Below, in pieces: positions 1 through 14,731 of a stretch of DNA of 64,000 nucleotides (positions within the stretch are counted from its first letter, which is position 1; each line of letters opens with the position of its first letter). The stretch is taken from the NCBI RefSeq assembly GCF_009914755.1, contig NC_060937.1. The stretch is one strand, 5' to 3'. The DNA comes from the human T2T-CHM13v2.0 reference genome, Homo sapiens. Under the pieces are notes generated by a model. The model had not been told where the DNA came from, searched no databases, and saw only the letters and a program-made list of their open reading frames with translations. The translations under genes and the position numbers were made by a program.

Positions 1-175
1 GTAAGCACAACCCCTGTCAAGGTGTAGAAATTTTCATCACTGAAAAGTTTCCCCATGATTTTTGCAGGCAACTCCCTACACTTAGGCCTAATCAAATGTT
101 AATTTATTTCTGTAACTATAAATTAATTTAAACTTTTAAAAATTTTCCACAAACAAAATCATACTATTTGTGTTT
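1..175 (-). mobile_element. Ancient L1 (L1ME-like) 3' end fragment
   Basis: Resembles the antisense L1M 3'UTR (caaggtgtagaaattttcatcactgaaaagtttcccc...aaaatcatactatttg); heavily diverged. Confidence 0.45.
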
Positions 176-499
176 GAGAAGTACAGTCTTCATTTTTTAA
201 AAATGATCTATGTTCATTTTAAACAAACTCAAACAGGATAAAGCAGGAGAAATTAGTATCTCAATGTATCATTCTAAACCACACCACCAGACTTATCCAT
301 GTTAACATTTAGTGATTATTATTTATTTCTTGATTCATTGGATTCCTATCACTTAAAATTATTTTAATGTTTACTTATTCTCTGAGTTAGCTTATGTTTT
401 CAGGATTAGCCTATTGATGTCCAATCTAAAGGAAAATTTGTCAAAGCATGATTTTGAGTCAAAATGTCTTTCCTAAAAAAAAGTAGAATGTACTTTTTT

Positions 500-1300
500 T
501 TTTAGCATTGATTATTGCTGTAAATAATAGCAAGGGTATTTATTGCTTTAAATAATCAATGCTAAAATTGATAATTGCTAGATCTCAGTCTAGATTTATT
601 TTTCTCTCTTGTAGGTGATTTTTTTTTTGTACTTGGAAGTCAAAATTCTTCCTTTATCTTTATAGTTCAATAGGTTAACCATGATTTATCTTCATGCTGC
701 TTGTTTTCATCAGTGTTTCCCATGAGATTTTATCTTTTCAATCTGCAGTCATATCTTCCTATATTTCATATGCATTTTCCTATATTTCCAAATATTTTAT
801 GCATGATGTATTATTTTTATCTCAGAGACAACAAACATCTTTATATTGGATCATTTTCATCTGTTCCATATACTTTTCCCCTTATCACTAGTTTCTATTG
901 TTGCCTTTTTTCTTTTTGTTTACCCATTATAATTATGTCCATTTTTTCTTCTCATCCATATCTATTTTGTTCTTATTTGTTAAGCAACATATCTGTAATG
1001 GTATTATTTATTCCTATACTTGTTTTAAATTTACCGTGTTTCTTCATCTCATTCTGTTTTGTTAATTACCTCAGTTTTGAGTTCTTTTTATATTATGTTA
1101 ATTTTTGTATTCTTCTGTAGTTCTTTTGTAGTGCTGCTTTGATTTCTTACATGATATTCTCTTCCATTTTAAGAAATTTGTCTCCTTTCTGCATATCTCA
1201 TTTCTTGTTTTTTCTTCCTTTGTTCATTCTTTCCTTCACATGTGTTTATAGTATGTTTGCAAAATTGCCATGCCATTACTTTTCATTTATTTCTCAGGTA
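500..1300 (-). mobile_element. Very old L1M 5'/ORF1-region fragment
   Basis: T-rich stretch resembling the antisense L1M 5' region (ttcctttatctttatagttcaataggttaaccatgatttatct); explains the F/L/I/S-rich spurious ORFs at 694-1120. Boundaries approximate. Confidence 0.4.
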
Positions 1301-3997
1301 CAGACATCTTTGCTCTGATACAATGTGAGAGAGATCCCTTGTTACTCTTCTTATCTGGTACTAATTTGCCTTTCTCTCCCTATGACCAGTTCTATGTATT
1401 AATTTTCTTGAGACCTAGGACTTCTGGGGCATAGGAGAGCTGGGATGAGGCTGTGCTCAAGTCTCTGATCTCTCTTCTAAGACCTGATTACATTTCTGAT
1501 AGCAGAACCCACTTTATCCAGACAGCAGAATAAGCCCAATTGGGAAGGGTGCTTAATCTTTAGTCCTCTGACTTATCTGTAAGACATTTTCCCTCAACAG
1601 ACCTGACCTATTTTTCTACTACCTTTGAAAATAAGACCAGCTGAAATGAATGTTACACGGTGTTTTGGGCCATGAAAGTAGGTATGCATAGCTAAGCCAC
1701 TCTCCTCTTGAAAACTAAGGCACCTGTATAAAGCATGGACTCTGGTCTGCTCCTTGATTCCATTAACTTTTACAAAGGTATGCCTTCACATGGGGAGGTC
1801 TGCAGATTTCCAGCCCTGGTTGTTAAGGCATGGGTAGGTCAGTTTAATTCTATGATTTTTTATCAGGAAGCCCACTTTCTTGCAGGTATATGCTATATTC
1901 TCTTACATGGTTTTATTAGTAGTAAGGGCAATTTTTAAAATCTCTATATGCTAATTCTTTTATTGTATTTTTTGACAGGTTTGGGAACCGATTAAATAAA
2001 AGGAGTTTTTTATTGGCCCCTTTATAGCCTCCAACATCCCCATCCCAGGTATCACAATGTCCTGGAGAGTAGGAAGTCCTCTATAAGCTTTTTATCTCTA
2101 CTGAAGTTCTCAGAGTGATATGTCACAGCTACCACTCACAAAATCTTGCCCCTTGACCTTTCCTATTACTGACCATTTATCCCCCCAATTCAGAAAATTG
2201 GAAGATATTAATGAAGATGCCATTTTATTACCTTCTTTCCTGATTGTATTTAAGCAGAGATGTGAGAAGTAGGAGGAGTTGAACTCTAGGCAAACTTGAA
2301 ACCTTCCATTTCTTATTTGGCTGTTATATTCCACAGTTTGAAGTGTAAGAGTGTACCTCTTTCCCATTTAAACTGTTGCTGGTATTTTTTTTTTTTTTTT
2401 TACTGAATCTTTATTATATTTTGTGCATTATATTAACTAGTGGATTCAGGAGATTCTAACAGTTTAATCTAGTCTTCCAACTTTTCCCAGATATTATAAA
2501 GACTATAGAGGCTTAAAGTAGACAGATGCTCATAAATGGAGTTTGGATATAATTTCCTAAGCCTCGTGAACCTTATCCTGTTATGAACTTCAGTGAATGA
2601 ATTCATGCCACAGAAATAGAGATGGATATTTAATGTTCTAAATCATTCAAGCAAGATAATCTTGGCTTTTCCTTCCTTTACTCCCCTAGAAACATACTTG
2701 TTTCCAGAAGGTATAAGAGCTAATCGCAAAAAGATGTCTCAACTGTACATTAATATTCTTAGATGTTGAAATAAGCTGGTGATCAAAAACTATGTTAAAT
2801 AATTGGCAAGTAATAGCTAGAGAATAATAACACTCTAATTAGACTCTCCTGGAAGGCTTAATCTATGCCAGTCTCACCTAGGAATCCTGCTACCCAAAAG
2901 GTAACTTATTAATACAAATTATGATTTATTTTTACCTAACAGCAGGGGCTCCAATAACAATAGAGCAAAATTGAGCAAATAGGACAAGGGAAGGGTGGCA
3001 TAACACATAAAGGTTTGCATTCACCTTTGTTTGACCTTCTGAATATGTTCTTGTCCTTTTAGGGTCCCAGTTTTATCATTAGTAAGGGAAATACAATCCT
3101 GCTAATTTTCTAAGGTAATTTAGAACAAGAAGCATATGAAGGTATTACAGGGCTCTAAATTTCTGTATATAATACAGAATATTTAGCTGGAAACAAATCA
3201 CCAACAATTTTACTGTGTATTTCCAGGGTATTAGGATAAAGAAAATGAAGACAACATGGATAATTTAATCACAGTGACTACTAAGCAAGCTAGTTAGCAA
3301 TCAAGGCAACGCAAAAGCCTATATGGGGAAAAATAATTGCTTTTTGTATTCAACTTTTGTTGTTTGAAGTGTGAATGAGTCCTGGTGGGTGGATAAATGG
3401 CTGAATATTAATCATCCTTGCCTGCCTGGCAAGCTTCCTGGCTTTCTTGGCTGCCACTGGGACACTGGTTAGCTTGTTTTCTAGACTGGCAGCTGCCCAT
3501 CCTGGAGAAGCACCCATGCATCTCTTTCCCTGCCTAGGGGAAAGTTCTACTTTTCCAAGTTCATCTCATACACTACAGCAGTGAAAGCAAAGCCCACTGA
3601 CTGATGCCTTGTTTCCATCTCATTCATCAGGCTTCAGCCTGACATCCTGGGCTGCCTCAGTGTAGTTTATTATTTCCAGTCTTGGCCTGAGTTGCCTCAA
3701 GCTAAATCTAGCCAAAAGCTTAATAACACTTCCAGCTAGCTTCTTGTGATTCTATTGTTTATTTTATATATGGATTATGCCTATTGCTACAGCATAATGC
3801 CTTCTACATAGTAGGCACTCCTAATTTTGTTAAATTTTTAGTGAGTGGTAAGAGATTAGTATAGATATTTTAAGTTTTTTTATATAAAATAATATAAAGA
3901 ATGAAAACAATTTTTCTTTCATGGCGTCCTGAGGAACAAAGTAAATTTGAGAGTGAGAAAGGATCTTTATTTAAACTTAACATTAATAAGAAAATTA

Positions 3998-4305
3998 TGT
4001 TGGGAGTAGTGGCTCACACCTGTAATCCCATCACTTTGGGAGGCCAAGACAGGAGGATCGCTTGAGGCCAGGAGTTTAAAACCAGCCTGGGCGATATAGT
4101 GAGAACCTATCTCTAAAAAAATGAAAATAAAAGTAAATAGCCAGGCGTGCTGGTATGCTCCTGTACTCCTAGCTACTTGGGAGGCTGAGGTGGGACGATC
4201 ACTTTAGCCCAGGAGTGTGAGGCTGCAGGGAGCTATGATTGCACCACTGCACTCCAGCTTGGGTGATAGAGCCAGACCCCATCTCTTAAAGAAAAGAAGA
4301 GAAAT
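3998..4305 (+). mobile_element. AluJ-type SINE, full dimer
   Basis: Left arm, A-rich linker, right arm and degenerate A tail; J-type features (ggatcgcttgaggccaggagtt, gaggctgcag..gagctatgattgcaccactgc). Confidence 0.93.
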
Positions 4306-5471
4306 ACTCCTTAAGAAAAATAAAAGTATACCTTGATTTGATAATATTTCTAAAGGTGGTAGGACTTATGAGTCTTTTTAATCATCACTTTTATTATCTG
4401 GTCTCACTTCAGCTTATGTTTTGCACTGTGGATTTTTCTAATGAAATAAACTGAAATAAATCAAGTCAATGTGAAGAAACTACATTTAGTTCAATAGCCA
4501 CGGACACCATTTAGAAGTTTCTAAATTTAAACAGTAATACTGAAATCAAATTTATTTTACCAAAATGAGATAACTACTTGGGAGTATTTTCAAAATCCAA
4601 ACAACTATGACAAAATAATTTAAGGTTTTTTTTTATTTAAAAGAGTAATGATTATTTATCAGAAGCAGTCAATAAAAAAAAACTTTGATTTTATTCCCCA
4701 ATCAAACAGAGGAACAAAGGCGATATTAGGAGGAAAGGCATCCAGTCAAAGTGAAAACAATGCTCCTGCAACTCCAAGAGCAGAATATGGCTTTTTCAAG
4801 CACCAACCAAGAAAAAGTGCAAAAGAGTATGAATGATTAAGGATAATGTGAATATATTTCTTAACAATAGCAGCATTGGTTTCCTCATCACCAACAGAAA
4901 GTACTTATAGAGTACTTGTAGTTCCTATTAATTGAAAACATTGATTCTATATTTAATATACTATAAAAAAGAATATATGCATGCATAGAAACACACATGC
5001 ATGCAAACATACATATTTGGTTGAAGAAGAAAACACAAATGTACATAAAAGATTATATTCAGTTAATCACCAAGGCAAAGTACTTAGTTAGATAACCTTT
5101 TATGAACTTCTAAAATTTCTTGGTTGCTTAGAGCTCTGGGTGTTGCTTGATAGACTCTCCATTTCGCTCATACAACAAACCTAAAGGGAAGGTCTTTCCT
5201 GATTTTTATCACCTTAAAGAGATATTATATGGCTCTGTTGATCCTGGAATACACTAGACCTAGAATTAAAAACCAATGTAATGCTGATATTTTCAGATTA
5301 AAATATTCTATTTCCAACCTACCATAGCCTAGGAAATTCAACTTCCTTGTTTTACAGAGTGTTAAGTCAAATTAACTTCTGGAGGACATAAACATTTATT
5401 AATGCAAATACTTTTTTTCCCAGAAATATCTGACAAATTATATATTTTTATTTTAGCTGGGAATATGGGTA

Positions 5472-5627
5472 ATATATTAATTTTCTATTGCTGCTGTAAC
5501 AAGTTACTACAAGCTTAGAGGCTTAACCCAAATTAAATTTCTTTTGGTTCTGAGCGTCAATTCTTACATGGGTTAATTGGGCTAAAACTACATGGCAGTC
5601 AGTTGGTGTTTCTTCTGGAGGATCTAG
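5472..5627 (-). mobile_element. MLT1 (ERVL-MaLR) LTR fragment
   Basis: tattaattttctattgctgctgtaacaagttactacaagcttagaggctta...cttctggaggatctag matches the reverse complement of the MLT1 3' end. Confidence 0.75.
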
Positions 5628-5631
5628 TAAC

Positions 5632-6163
5632 TTGATAGTGAACAAATCTAGAAGATTCCCTATTGATTAAGTGATCAAATTATCATTAGTAATGAGGCAT
5701 TTATTTATTATTTTCTAATATAATACTTTGAGAAAGGCACAACATCATTTTTGTGGTATTTTGATCAAAAAAGAATAACTTCAACATAATCGTGAGAAAA
5801 CAGCAGACAAACTAATATTAAGAGGTATTCTATAAAACAGCTAACAAATGCTCTTCAAATGTGTTAAGTTCACAAAAAACAAAGTCTAAGGAATTGTTAC
5901 AAGGTGGAGGATATTGAGTGACAGCTGAATGCAATGTAGGATCCTGATTGCATCCTGGACCAGAAAAAGCACAGTAGGGAAAAATCTAATGAAATAAAAT
6001 AACATCTTCAGTTTAATTGATAGTATTGTATCAACACTAATTATTGATTCCATTATTTCTAATTATATGAAATGAAAACATTAAGGCAGCCTAGGTGAAG
6101 CTGGAAACTCTCTTGCACTATTTTTGCAACTTTTCTATAAGTTAAAAATTATTTCAAAATAAA
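5632..6163 (+). mobile_element. L1MC/L1ME-type LINE-1 3' UTR fragment
   Basis: Typical motifs tgaatgcaatgtaggatcctgattgcatcctggaccagaaaaag and tatttttgcaacttttctataagttaaaaattatttcaaaataaa. Confidence 0.8.
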
Positions 6164-6316
6164 CTTTGTTATTTACAATTTAAATACCTACTTTAACACT
6201 CTCAAGACACCAAAGCTGCTTCTGTTAACAAGCTTCTCCAGATATATCTCATTTTCTATGGTTATTACATGGATGTGGTCAATGTCTTTTTGATGAATCT
6301 CACACCACAGTCTTTG

Positions 6317-8651
6317 CAAGCATACCTTGTTTCATCATATTTCATTTTACTGTGCTTGGCAAATATTGTGTTTTTCATAAATTGAAGGTCTGTGGCAACT
6401 CTGCATAGATCAAACTTATTGGCACCATCTTTCCAACAGCATATGCTTACTTTGCATTTCTATGTCATAGTTTGGTAATTCTCACACTATTTTATCTTTT
6501 TCACTATTATATTTGTTATGATAACCTGTGATCAGTGGTCTTTGATGTTACTATTGTGATTGTTTTGGGATGCCACAACCTGTGCCCACATAAGATGGTA
6601 AACTTAACCAATAAATGTGTTTGTTCTGACTGCTCCACCTACTGGCTTTTTCCCATCTCTCTTTCTCTTCTGGCCTTCCTATTCCCTGAGACACAACCTA
6701 AAATTAAGCCATTTAATAATCCTACAATGGACTCTAAGTGTTTAAGTGAAAGGAAGAGCCAGACATCTCTCATTTTAAGTCAAAAGCTAGAAATGACTAA
6801 GCTTAATGGGGAAGGCATGTTGAAAGGTGAGACGGGGGCAATGCTAGACCTCTTGAAACAAACAGCCAAGTTGTGTATGAAAGGGGAAAGTTCTTGAAGG
6901 ACATTAAAATGCTACCCCAGTTTACACACAAATAATACGAAGTGAAACAGCCTTATTGCTGATAAGAAGAAAGCTTAGGTGGTCTGGATAAAAAATCAAA
7001 CCAGCTGCAACATTCCCTTAAGCGAAAACCTAATCAAGAGAAAGACCCCAACTCTCTTTAGTTCCTTGAGGGCTAAGAGAAGTGAGGAAGGTGCAGAAGA
7101 AAAGTTTGAAGCAAGTAGAGGTCATTCATAGGGTTTAAGGAAAGAATCTGTCTCCATAACATAAAAGTGCAAGATGAAGCAGCAAGTGCTGATAGAGAAG
7201 CTCCAGCAAGTTATGCAGAAAGATATGCAGAATATTTAACTAAGATAATTGATGAAGGTGACTGCACTTAACAACAGATTTCAATGTAGATAAAACAGCC
7301 TTCTATTGAAAGATGAGGCCATCTAAAATGTTTATTGCTAAAGGGGAGAAGTCAATGACTGACTTCAAAGCTTCAAAGGACAGGTGGACTATCTTGTTAA
7401 AGGGTGACTTTAACTTGAAGTCAATGCTTATTAACCCTTCTGAAAATCTTAGGATCCTTAAGAATTATGCTAAATCTCCTCTGCCTGTTCTCTGCAAATG
7501 TAACAACAAAGCCTGGATGACAGCATATCTGTTTGCAGCCTGGTTACTGAATATTTTAAGCCCGTTGTTGAGGCCTACTGCACAGAAAAATTAAAAAGAT
7601 TCCTTTTGAAATATTACTGCTCATTGACAACACACCTGGTCACCCAAGAACTCATGCCTGCTCACACCATATTCATTTTGCAGCTCATGGCTCAAGGAGT
7701 AATTTCCGCTTTCAAGTTGTATTACTTAAAAAGTATATTTTGTGAACCTATAGCTGTCACATACCGTGATTCTTATGATGGATATGGTAACCAAATTGGG
7801 AATTTTCTGGAAAGAATTCACCATTCTAGATGCCATTAAGAACATTCGTGATTCATGGGAGTAGGTTAAAATGCCAAAATTAACAGGAATTTGGAAGAAG
7901 TTTATTCCAACCTTCATGGATGATTCTGAGTTGTTCAAAAATTCAGTAGAGGAAGTAATTGCAGATGTGGTGGAAATGGTAAGACAGCTAGTATTAGAAA
8001 TAGAGCTTAAAGATGTGACTGAATTGCTGCAACCTCATGATAAAACTTGAACTGATGAGGATTTGCGCCTTATGGATGAGCAAAGAAAGTGATCTCTTGA
8101 GCTGGATCTGCACTGGCAAAGATGCTGTGGACATTGTTGAAATGCCAACAAAGGATTTAGAATATTACATAAATTTAGTTGACAAAGCAGCTTCAGGGTT
8201 TGAGAGGATTGTCTCCAATACTGAAAGAAGTTCTGTGGGGGAAATGCCATCAAATAGTATGACATGTTACAGAGGAATCTTTTGTGAAAGGAAAGGTCAA
8301 TTTATGCAGCAAACTTTATTGTTGCTTATTTTGAGAAATTGCCATATCCACCCCAATCTTCAGCAACTTGTCAGCAGCCATCAACACTGAGGAAAGATGC
8401 AAAATGTTTATGACTCACTGCAGGCTCAGATGATCATTAGCATTTTTTAGTAACAAAGTATTTTTAAATTAAGGTATGTATGTTCCTTTGTTTTAGAAAA
8501 ATGCTGTCACACAGTTAGACTATAGTATAGTGTTCAAAGAACTTTGACATGCACTGGGAAACCAAAAAAATTGTGTAATTCACATTCATATGATATTCAC
8601 TTTATTGCAGTCATCTAGAACAGACCCTTCAATTCCTCTGAGGTATGCCTA
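6317..8651 (+). mobile_element. Tigger1 DNA transposon (TcMar/pogo), near full length
   Basis: Terminal inverted repeats caagcatacctt / gaggtatgccta; TA at 8652-8653 (left TA decayed to TG); internal transposase relic. Confidence 0.96.
6727..8440 (+). pseudogene. Disrupted Tigger1 transposase (HTH, CENP-B-like and DDE fragments)
   Basis: Fragments MDSKCLSERKSQTSLILSQKLEMTKL, FKASKDRWTILL, NNKAWMTAYLF, LQLMAQGVISAFKLYY and [16 protein letters not shown] lie in different frames with stops. Confidence 0.9.
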
Positions 8652-8968
8652 TACTTACTGCCACTTTGTGACCTGATGAAAGGTCAACATGTTGGGAGCT
8701 ATTTCATTTCTCCTTCATACTTGCTCAACTATTAAATTAACTTGCAAAATGACAACATGATTACTGCCTTGTAGTCTAAACCAACAGGTTACCCAAAAAT
8801 GTGTTTCATGCTGAGAATAAAACATCACTAAAAATTAATGATTTTTTATATTACAACTTATAATAATTATATTAATAAACTGGTAACTATTAATACCAGC
8901 ATTAATTTAAACACCCCACCAGATCAAGAGGTCTATTTAAACATCAGCTATCCTTTGGTTATTCAACG

Positions 8969-9125
8969 TTTTTACTTTTTATTTAATTCATTTATTTTTT
9001 ATATTTTGTAGGGATGGAGTCTCACTATGCTGCTCAAGGTGGTCTCAAACTCCTCGGCTTAAGTGATCCCTCTGCCTCAGCTTCCTAAGTGCTGTCATTA
9101 CAGTTGTAAGCCACCACACCTAGTC
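8969..9125 (-). mobile_element. FLAM-type Alu monomer
   Basis: Poly-T followed by a single antisense Alu left arm; degenerate TSD tcaac(g/t)tt on both sides. Confidence 0.85.
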
Positions 9126-10573
9126 CTCAACTTTGTTTAGTCATAGCATTGCCTATATCTATTTTGAATATTACTCTTCTAGAATCTACCATATCTGTGA
9201 CTCTTGGATATGGTAAAATAAACTATTGTGAATTAATCTCCTATACTGGAAATTTATGTGGCATAGTCATAAACTATTTTGTTTTCTTTGTTTTCCTGTC
9301 TATTTTGCTTAGCCTATTAAAGAAATAACTTGGTTTTCCTTATTTGGTATTCCTATCAGCTAATAGATATCTTGTATTTTTCCTCCTAACTTATTTGTTC
9401 TTCCTATTAGAAAAATGAAAAAATAATTAGGCTTCTTTTCTAATCATCAAGTTTTTGATATATAGTTCTTTTTGAAACTACAGCTTTGGTCACTAGGAAT
9501 ATTTATAGGCAATGTTTAGGTATGAAACTTTTTCCTGTTGCTTCTCTTAATAATAAGGTTAGCTGGCTTTTAGCTTATAGTCAAACCATATTCTGATTCA
9601 AGCTACTGTCAGTTGTAATTTAAACTCATTTAGGACATAGCTTTTAAACCACATTTAAGCTGAGAATAGCTAGTTTTAAAATAAAGTTCTAAAGTGATTT
9701 TCTTCAGCAGTCCCGAAAAATCATTGAAATTTCCTGGGCTTTTAACTCTATCCTTTAAAAGGTAGCTAGTAATACTTTCAGTTAATTACCTTAGTTCTGA
9801 GAAGAGCAAATAAATAGTCATTTGCAGGAAATGTGTGCAAGAATATTAGCACTGAATAGTGAGGAATAACCAGGCACCTCAGATTAGGTGCCTTGAAATT
9901 TAAGTCGCTTAAGATAAATTCATGGTTCTTCTACTATATCTCCTAACATGCCTAAAAATAAGGAAATTTTGGGGGATGAATTTAAATTCAGTGGCTTTTA
10001 AACATGTCCTCAAGAAGCAGAACAGGTCCAGCGTACAGTACTCTGCAAAGAGTCTTGAGATTATTCAACCAGTATGTCTAGGTGTCATATTTATTTTAAT
10101 TTCCACATCATTTTACCTCTCGTAGGGTGCTAACTTGCTCTGTAATGTATTTTAGTGATTTGGATTCCTCTTTGTAGATTGCAAACTTTTTTTTGGAGGG
10201 AAATTGTCTTCATTTTTAAAACTAATTTAATGAATAGTACACTGCTCTAAATATAAGTGCTTAGTAAATATTGGTTAAAATAAATGAATATAACTTTTAA
10301 CAATTTATGTTTTAGAAAAAATCATTTGCAAAAATCTAAAAGGAAAGTGTATATTGTTGGTGTACATCTGAAGAAGACAAGCCAGGAAGAGAAAACAATT
10401 TGTGTGAAGACTCTGTGAGGAGACTGTGCCAAGTGATATACTAGGCAGCGCTGTTTAGGGCAGTGGTTCTCAACTGGGAGCAATTTAGCTCCCCCAAGGG
10501 GGCATTTAGCAATGCCTGGGGTCATTTTTCCTTGTCATTACCTGGGAGACAGAGACACTGCTACTGGCATATA

Positions 10574-10634
10574 GAGTTGGCTCCTTGTATCTGTCAGTTC
10601 CACCTATGCAGATTCCACTGACTGTAAAAAAATA

Positions 10635-10672
<38 letters not shown>

Positions 10673-10915
10673 CAATAAAAAATAATACAGCAGCTAAAAC
10701 TAATACAAATAAAATACAGTGTAAAACTATTACATAGAATTCACATTGTATTAGGTATTATAAGTAATCTAGAGATGATTTAAGGCTTACAGAAAGAAGT
10801 GCAGAGGTTGTATGTAAACACCATGCCATTTTATATAAGAAAATTGAGCATCTGTCAATTTTGGTATCCGTGAGGGTCCTGGAAGCAATCCCCTACGGAT
10901 ACAGAGGGACCAGTG
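10574..10915 (-). mobile_element. MER2 (TcMar-Tigger MITE)
   Basis: TA on both sides; contains acattgtattaggtattataagtaatctagagatgatttaa and ends ggatacagagggaccagtg. Confidence 0.88.
10637..10671. repeat. (AT)n microsatellite inside MER2
   Basis: About 17 uninterrupted AT units. Confidence 0.97.
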
Positions 10916-13192
10916 TAATGGGTAGAGACCAGGCTGGCTGCTAAATATTCTAGAATGCACAAGACAAAGAATTATCTGGCTCAAAATATCAACAGTGACA
11001 AGGCTGAGAAACCCTCGTATAGATTAAACCAAGCTGGAGTCTGCATGCTAGCAAGGAGTGTCATGGTGTCTTCTCCCTTCTCCAAATAATGTAAAATAAC
11101 TTTTATTATGTACCATGTTCTTTTCTTAAACTTTTTTTTTTTACTTATTCCCCTATTCCATACAATTATATTATAATAGAAATAAAAGATCTTTGCCTTT
11201 AAAGTTAGAGTAGAAGCAGGACCTGGCATAGGCTTCTACCAAAGGCTTTCTTTTTTTTGCAATCTGAATTTTTCCCTTTCTCTATGCATGATCTTCTGAG
11301 ATAGTCTACACAGATGTCTTATGTGGCCTTATACCTTAGACAAATGAAAAATTCTTCCTTTTGGGAAGGCAAATTTGCTTCTATAACTTTTTCTCCTCTG
11401 CTTTTGTGAGTATGAGAGAGTTTCTCTACTACAAGACTGTAGGATAAAAGTTGGTATAACAAAAGTAAAGATTGAAAAGATAAAATGACAACCAAAAAAC
11501 AATGACAAAATTGGAATTCAGGAATAATCTTCACTTTGGCAATATGGCTAAATATAACTTGGGTTAGGGATCTCTTGGGTTAGGAATCTTTTTGTGTGAT
11601 ATATTATTTTGAATTTATAGAGCATTGGTTTTTAACAAGTTTTTATCATTTTTAACAGGTTTTTATCATTTAAAAGGTGACTAGGGCAATGGGATTACCT
11701 CTGATATCAGAGAGTTGGCAATCATGTAACCCTGAAAGTCATGGCACAATATGGCAGAACAAGCACGTCTGGGGCCTGGGAGTCCTGAGGTACTCTAGTA
11801 ATTGTGGTTTTCCTCATACTCTCTGGATCTGGGGTGACCCAGAACACAGTCATAATTCTTGAACTGTTTGCAAGTGCAAACCTTGAGATCTTCCCAAGCC
11901 AGTCACCCAGTCGATAATCAGCTCAAGATCATCCCTATACCCCGAGTAGAATTAGTTGTCAATATTTAGGGCACAAAATTCATTTTGGTGAGATGCCCTA
12001 GGCCATTGACACTAGTCATATAATAATCTAATGTGTTTGCTGCAATGACACATTGCAGCCCTATGTCCTCTGAGTTCTGGCTCTAATGTGGTATTTCTTT
12101 ACACTAGCTTTCTCAATAATATGAACAGCCTGCCTATGAACTGAAATGTGAAGTATGATACCCACTATTATATATCTTTCCTTACTGCAAGTCCAACTAA
12201 TGGTTATTAATATGAACAACTTACCTCCTGCTTGCTTTCAGCTCCCGAATTTTTATTGTCTGTACTTTTCCTGTAGTGAAGTAGTTTCATAGCTCAGCAA
12301 AGCCTCAGAATTTTTTATGAACAGTCTCTAAAAGGCAGCTAGATCTAGCTCTAAGACATCAAGCAAATGACCCAGGACTTGTTATTTTTCTTGTTGGTTT
12401 CTGCGTAGCTAAGGCAAAGGCTTTTTCTTGGCCTCCACTCAGCAATATGCAAAAAGCTGAAGCTTTTAAAGTGGGAGAAGAAACAGAAGGAACAGAGGAG
12501 GTAAGCTTTTGTTTCACAAAGAAATTCCAGCAAGTTACCTAGGGATACATTATTAATCAACTTCACCTGTTGATAGTACAGGTTGGTTTATTGATATTCA
12601 TTATGCTTGTTGGTAAAAATAAAGGGGGAGGGGGAAGGGGATTGAATAACGTCAGTTGTCTTACAGTCGTTCTCTGTTTCTACTTTTTGTTTGGAAACTT
12701 TAGTACAGTACATGGCTGTTTCAGTAATTGTGGTATGAAAAACATCTGTGGAGGACAGTTTAACGTGTTTGTCTCTGCAAAGCCCCATAGCAAATAACAT
12801 GTACATCATCAACTCTCTAATAACTCTTACAGGAGGCCTCTAACTACTGAGCACACATCAGGGGAATGATGTATGATTTAATACCTTGAAATAGAAAAAC
12901 AAAAAAAAGGAAGAAATTCGACCTGCTGGGAGTTTCTCATTAAATATCCAGAGCGCCAGTGACTGCTGTTTCCTAGTTTAGTCAGGAACGTCTTTGTTAA
13001 GCATGTGCTTTGAGTGTTTAACATTCTGTTCTGCCAGTGATACCTAAAAAACCCACACTGCAATCTAATTTCCCATATCTTGTCACTTATTTCCAAAATG
13101 TGGACAGAGACTCTTGGTGATCAGATCTACTCTTTATTACCAAAAGTCTCAATTATATTAAATTGCCTCTCTAAAGATTTTAGGATCTGGGA

Positions 13193-13350
13193 CAGAACTA
13201 GGTACATAATTTGCCAGGCACAGTGACAAATGACAATAAGGAATCCTTATGCAAAGCTTTCAGACGTTTTGAGATGGCAACAGTAGAGCATTAAACCAAG
13301 TATGGAGTCCTCCATGACTGCACAGGTTGCAAACCTGCAAAGCATGTCTA
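13193..13350 (-). mobile_element. MER45A-like hAT-Tip100 element
   Basis: tacataatttgc...cagtg..aaatga and agagcattaaaccaag...gactgcacaggttgca match the reverse complement of MER45A. Confidence 0.75.
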
Positions 13351-13559
13351 GGAAGCTGGCATACCCACAACAGACAACACATATCCAGGAAGGCCACTTG
13401 GAAATCAGAAAAGTTATTCCACACAAGGAAAACCCCATAAATATAATATTATAGTATTCTTTATAGTTATCAAACTTCTGATGGTATTTCTCTTTGTGTA
13501 TTCAAAAAATGCTTGAAAAGACCAATTTCTACCATTTTTTGTAATTCTATGAAGGCATA

Positions 13560-14490
<931 letters not shown>

Positions 14491-14689
14491 TCTGGTCAGA
14501 AAAGACGAACTCATGCAATATTTAATTATCTTCTAGTATTATCTTGAATTTATTTGGAGAAAATTTTCACTTTTACTTCCAAAATATTATTATGAACATT
14601 TTCAGACACAAAAGTTGAAAAATTGTACCACGAACCCCCATATATATATATATGGGTCTAGTCATCACTAAATTTTAAAGGATAAAGGT

Positions 14690-14692
<3 letters not shown>

Positions 14693-14730
<38 letters not shown>
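14693..14730. repeat. (CA)n microsatellite
   Basis: About 16 AC units, then an interruption. Confidence 0.95.

Positions 14731-14731
<1 letters not shown>

Larger units (their letters stand above)
10461..11016 (+). mobile_element. MER20 (hAT-Charlie) split by a MER2 insertion (pieces 10461-10573 and 10918-11016)
   Basis: cagtggttctcaact...gctactggcata[insert]atgggtagagaccagg...aaagaattatctggctcaaaat...tgagaaaccct. Confidence 0.88.

Noticed and set aside
694-1120. 139-aa hydrophobic ORF
   Set aside because: Low-complexity product of T-rich, probably antisense-L1 DNA.
6535-8390. Possible domesticated TIGD1-like gene
   Set aside because: Transposase is broken by multiple stops and frameshifts.
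9872-9893. 8-bp inverted repeat aggcacct/aggtgcct
   Set aside because: Short enough to be expected by chance in 64 kb.
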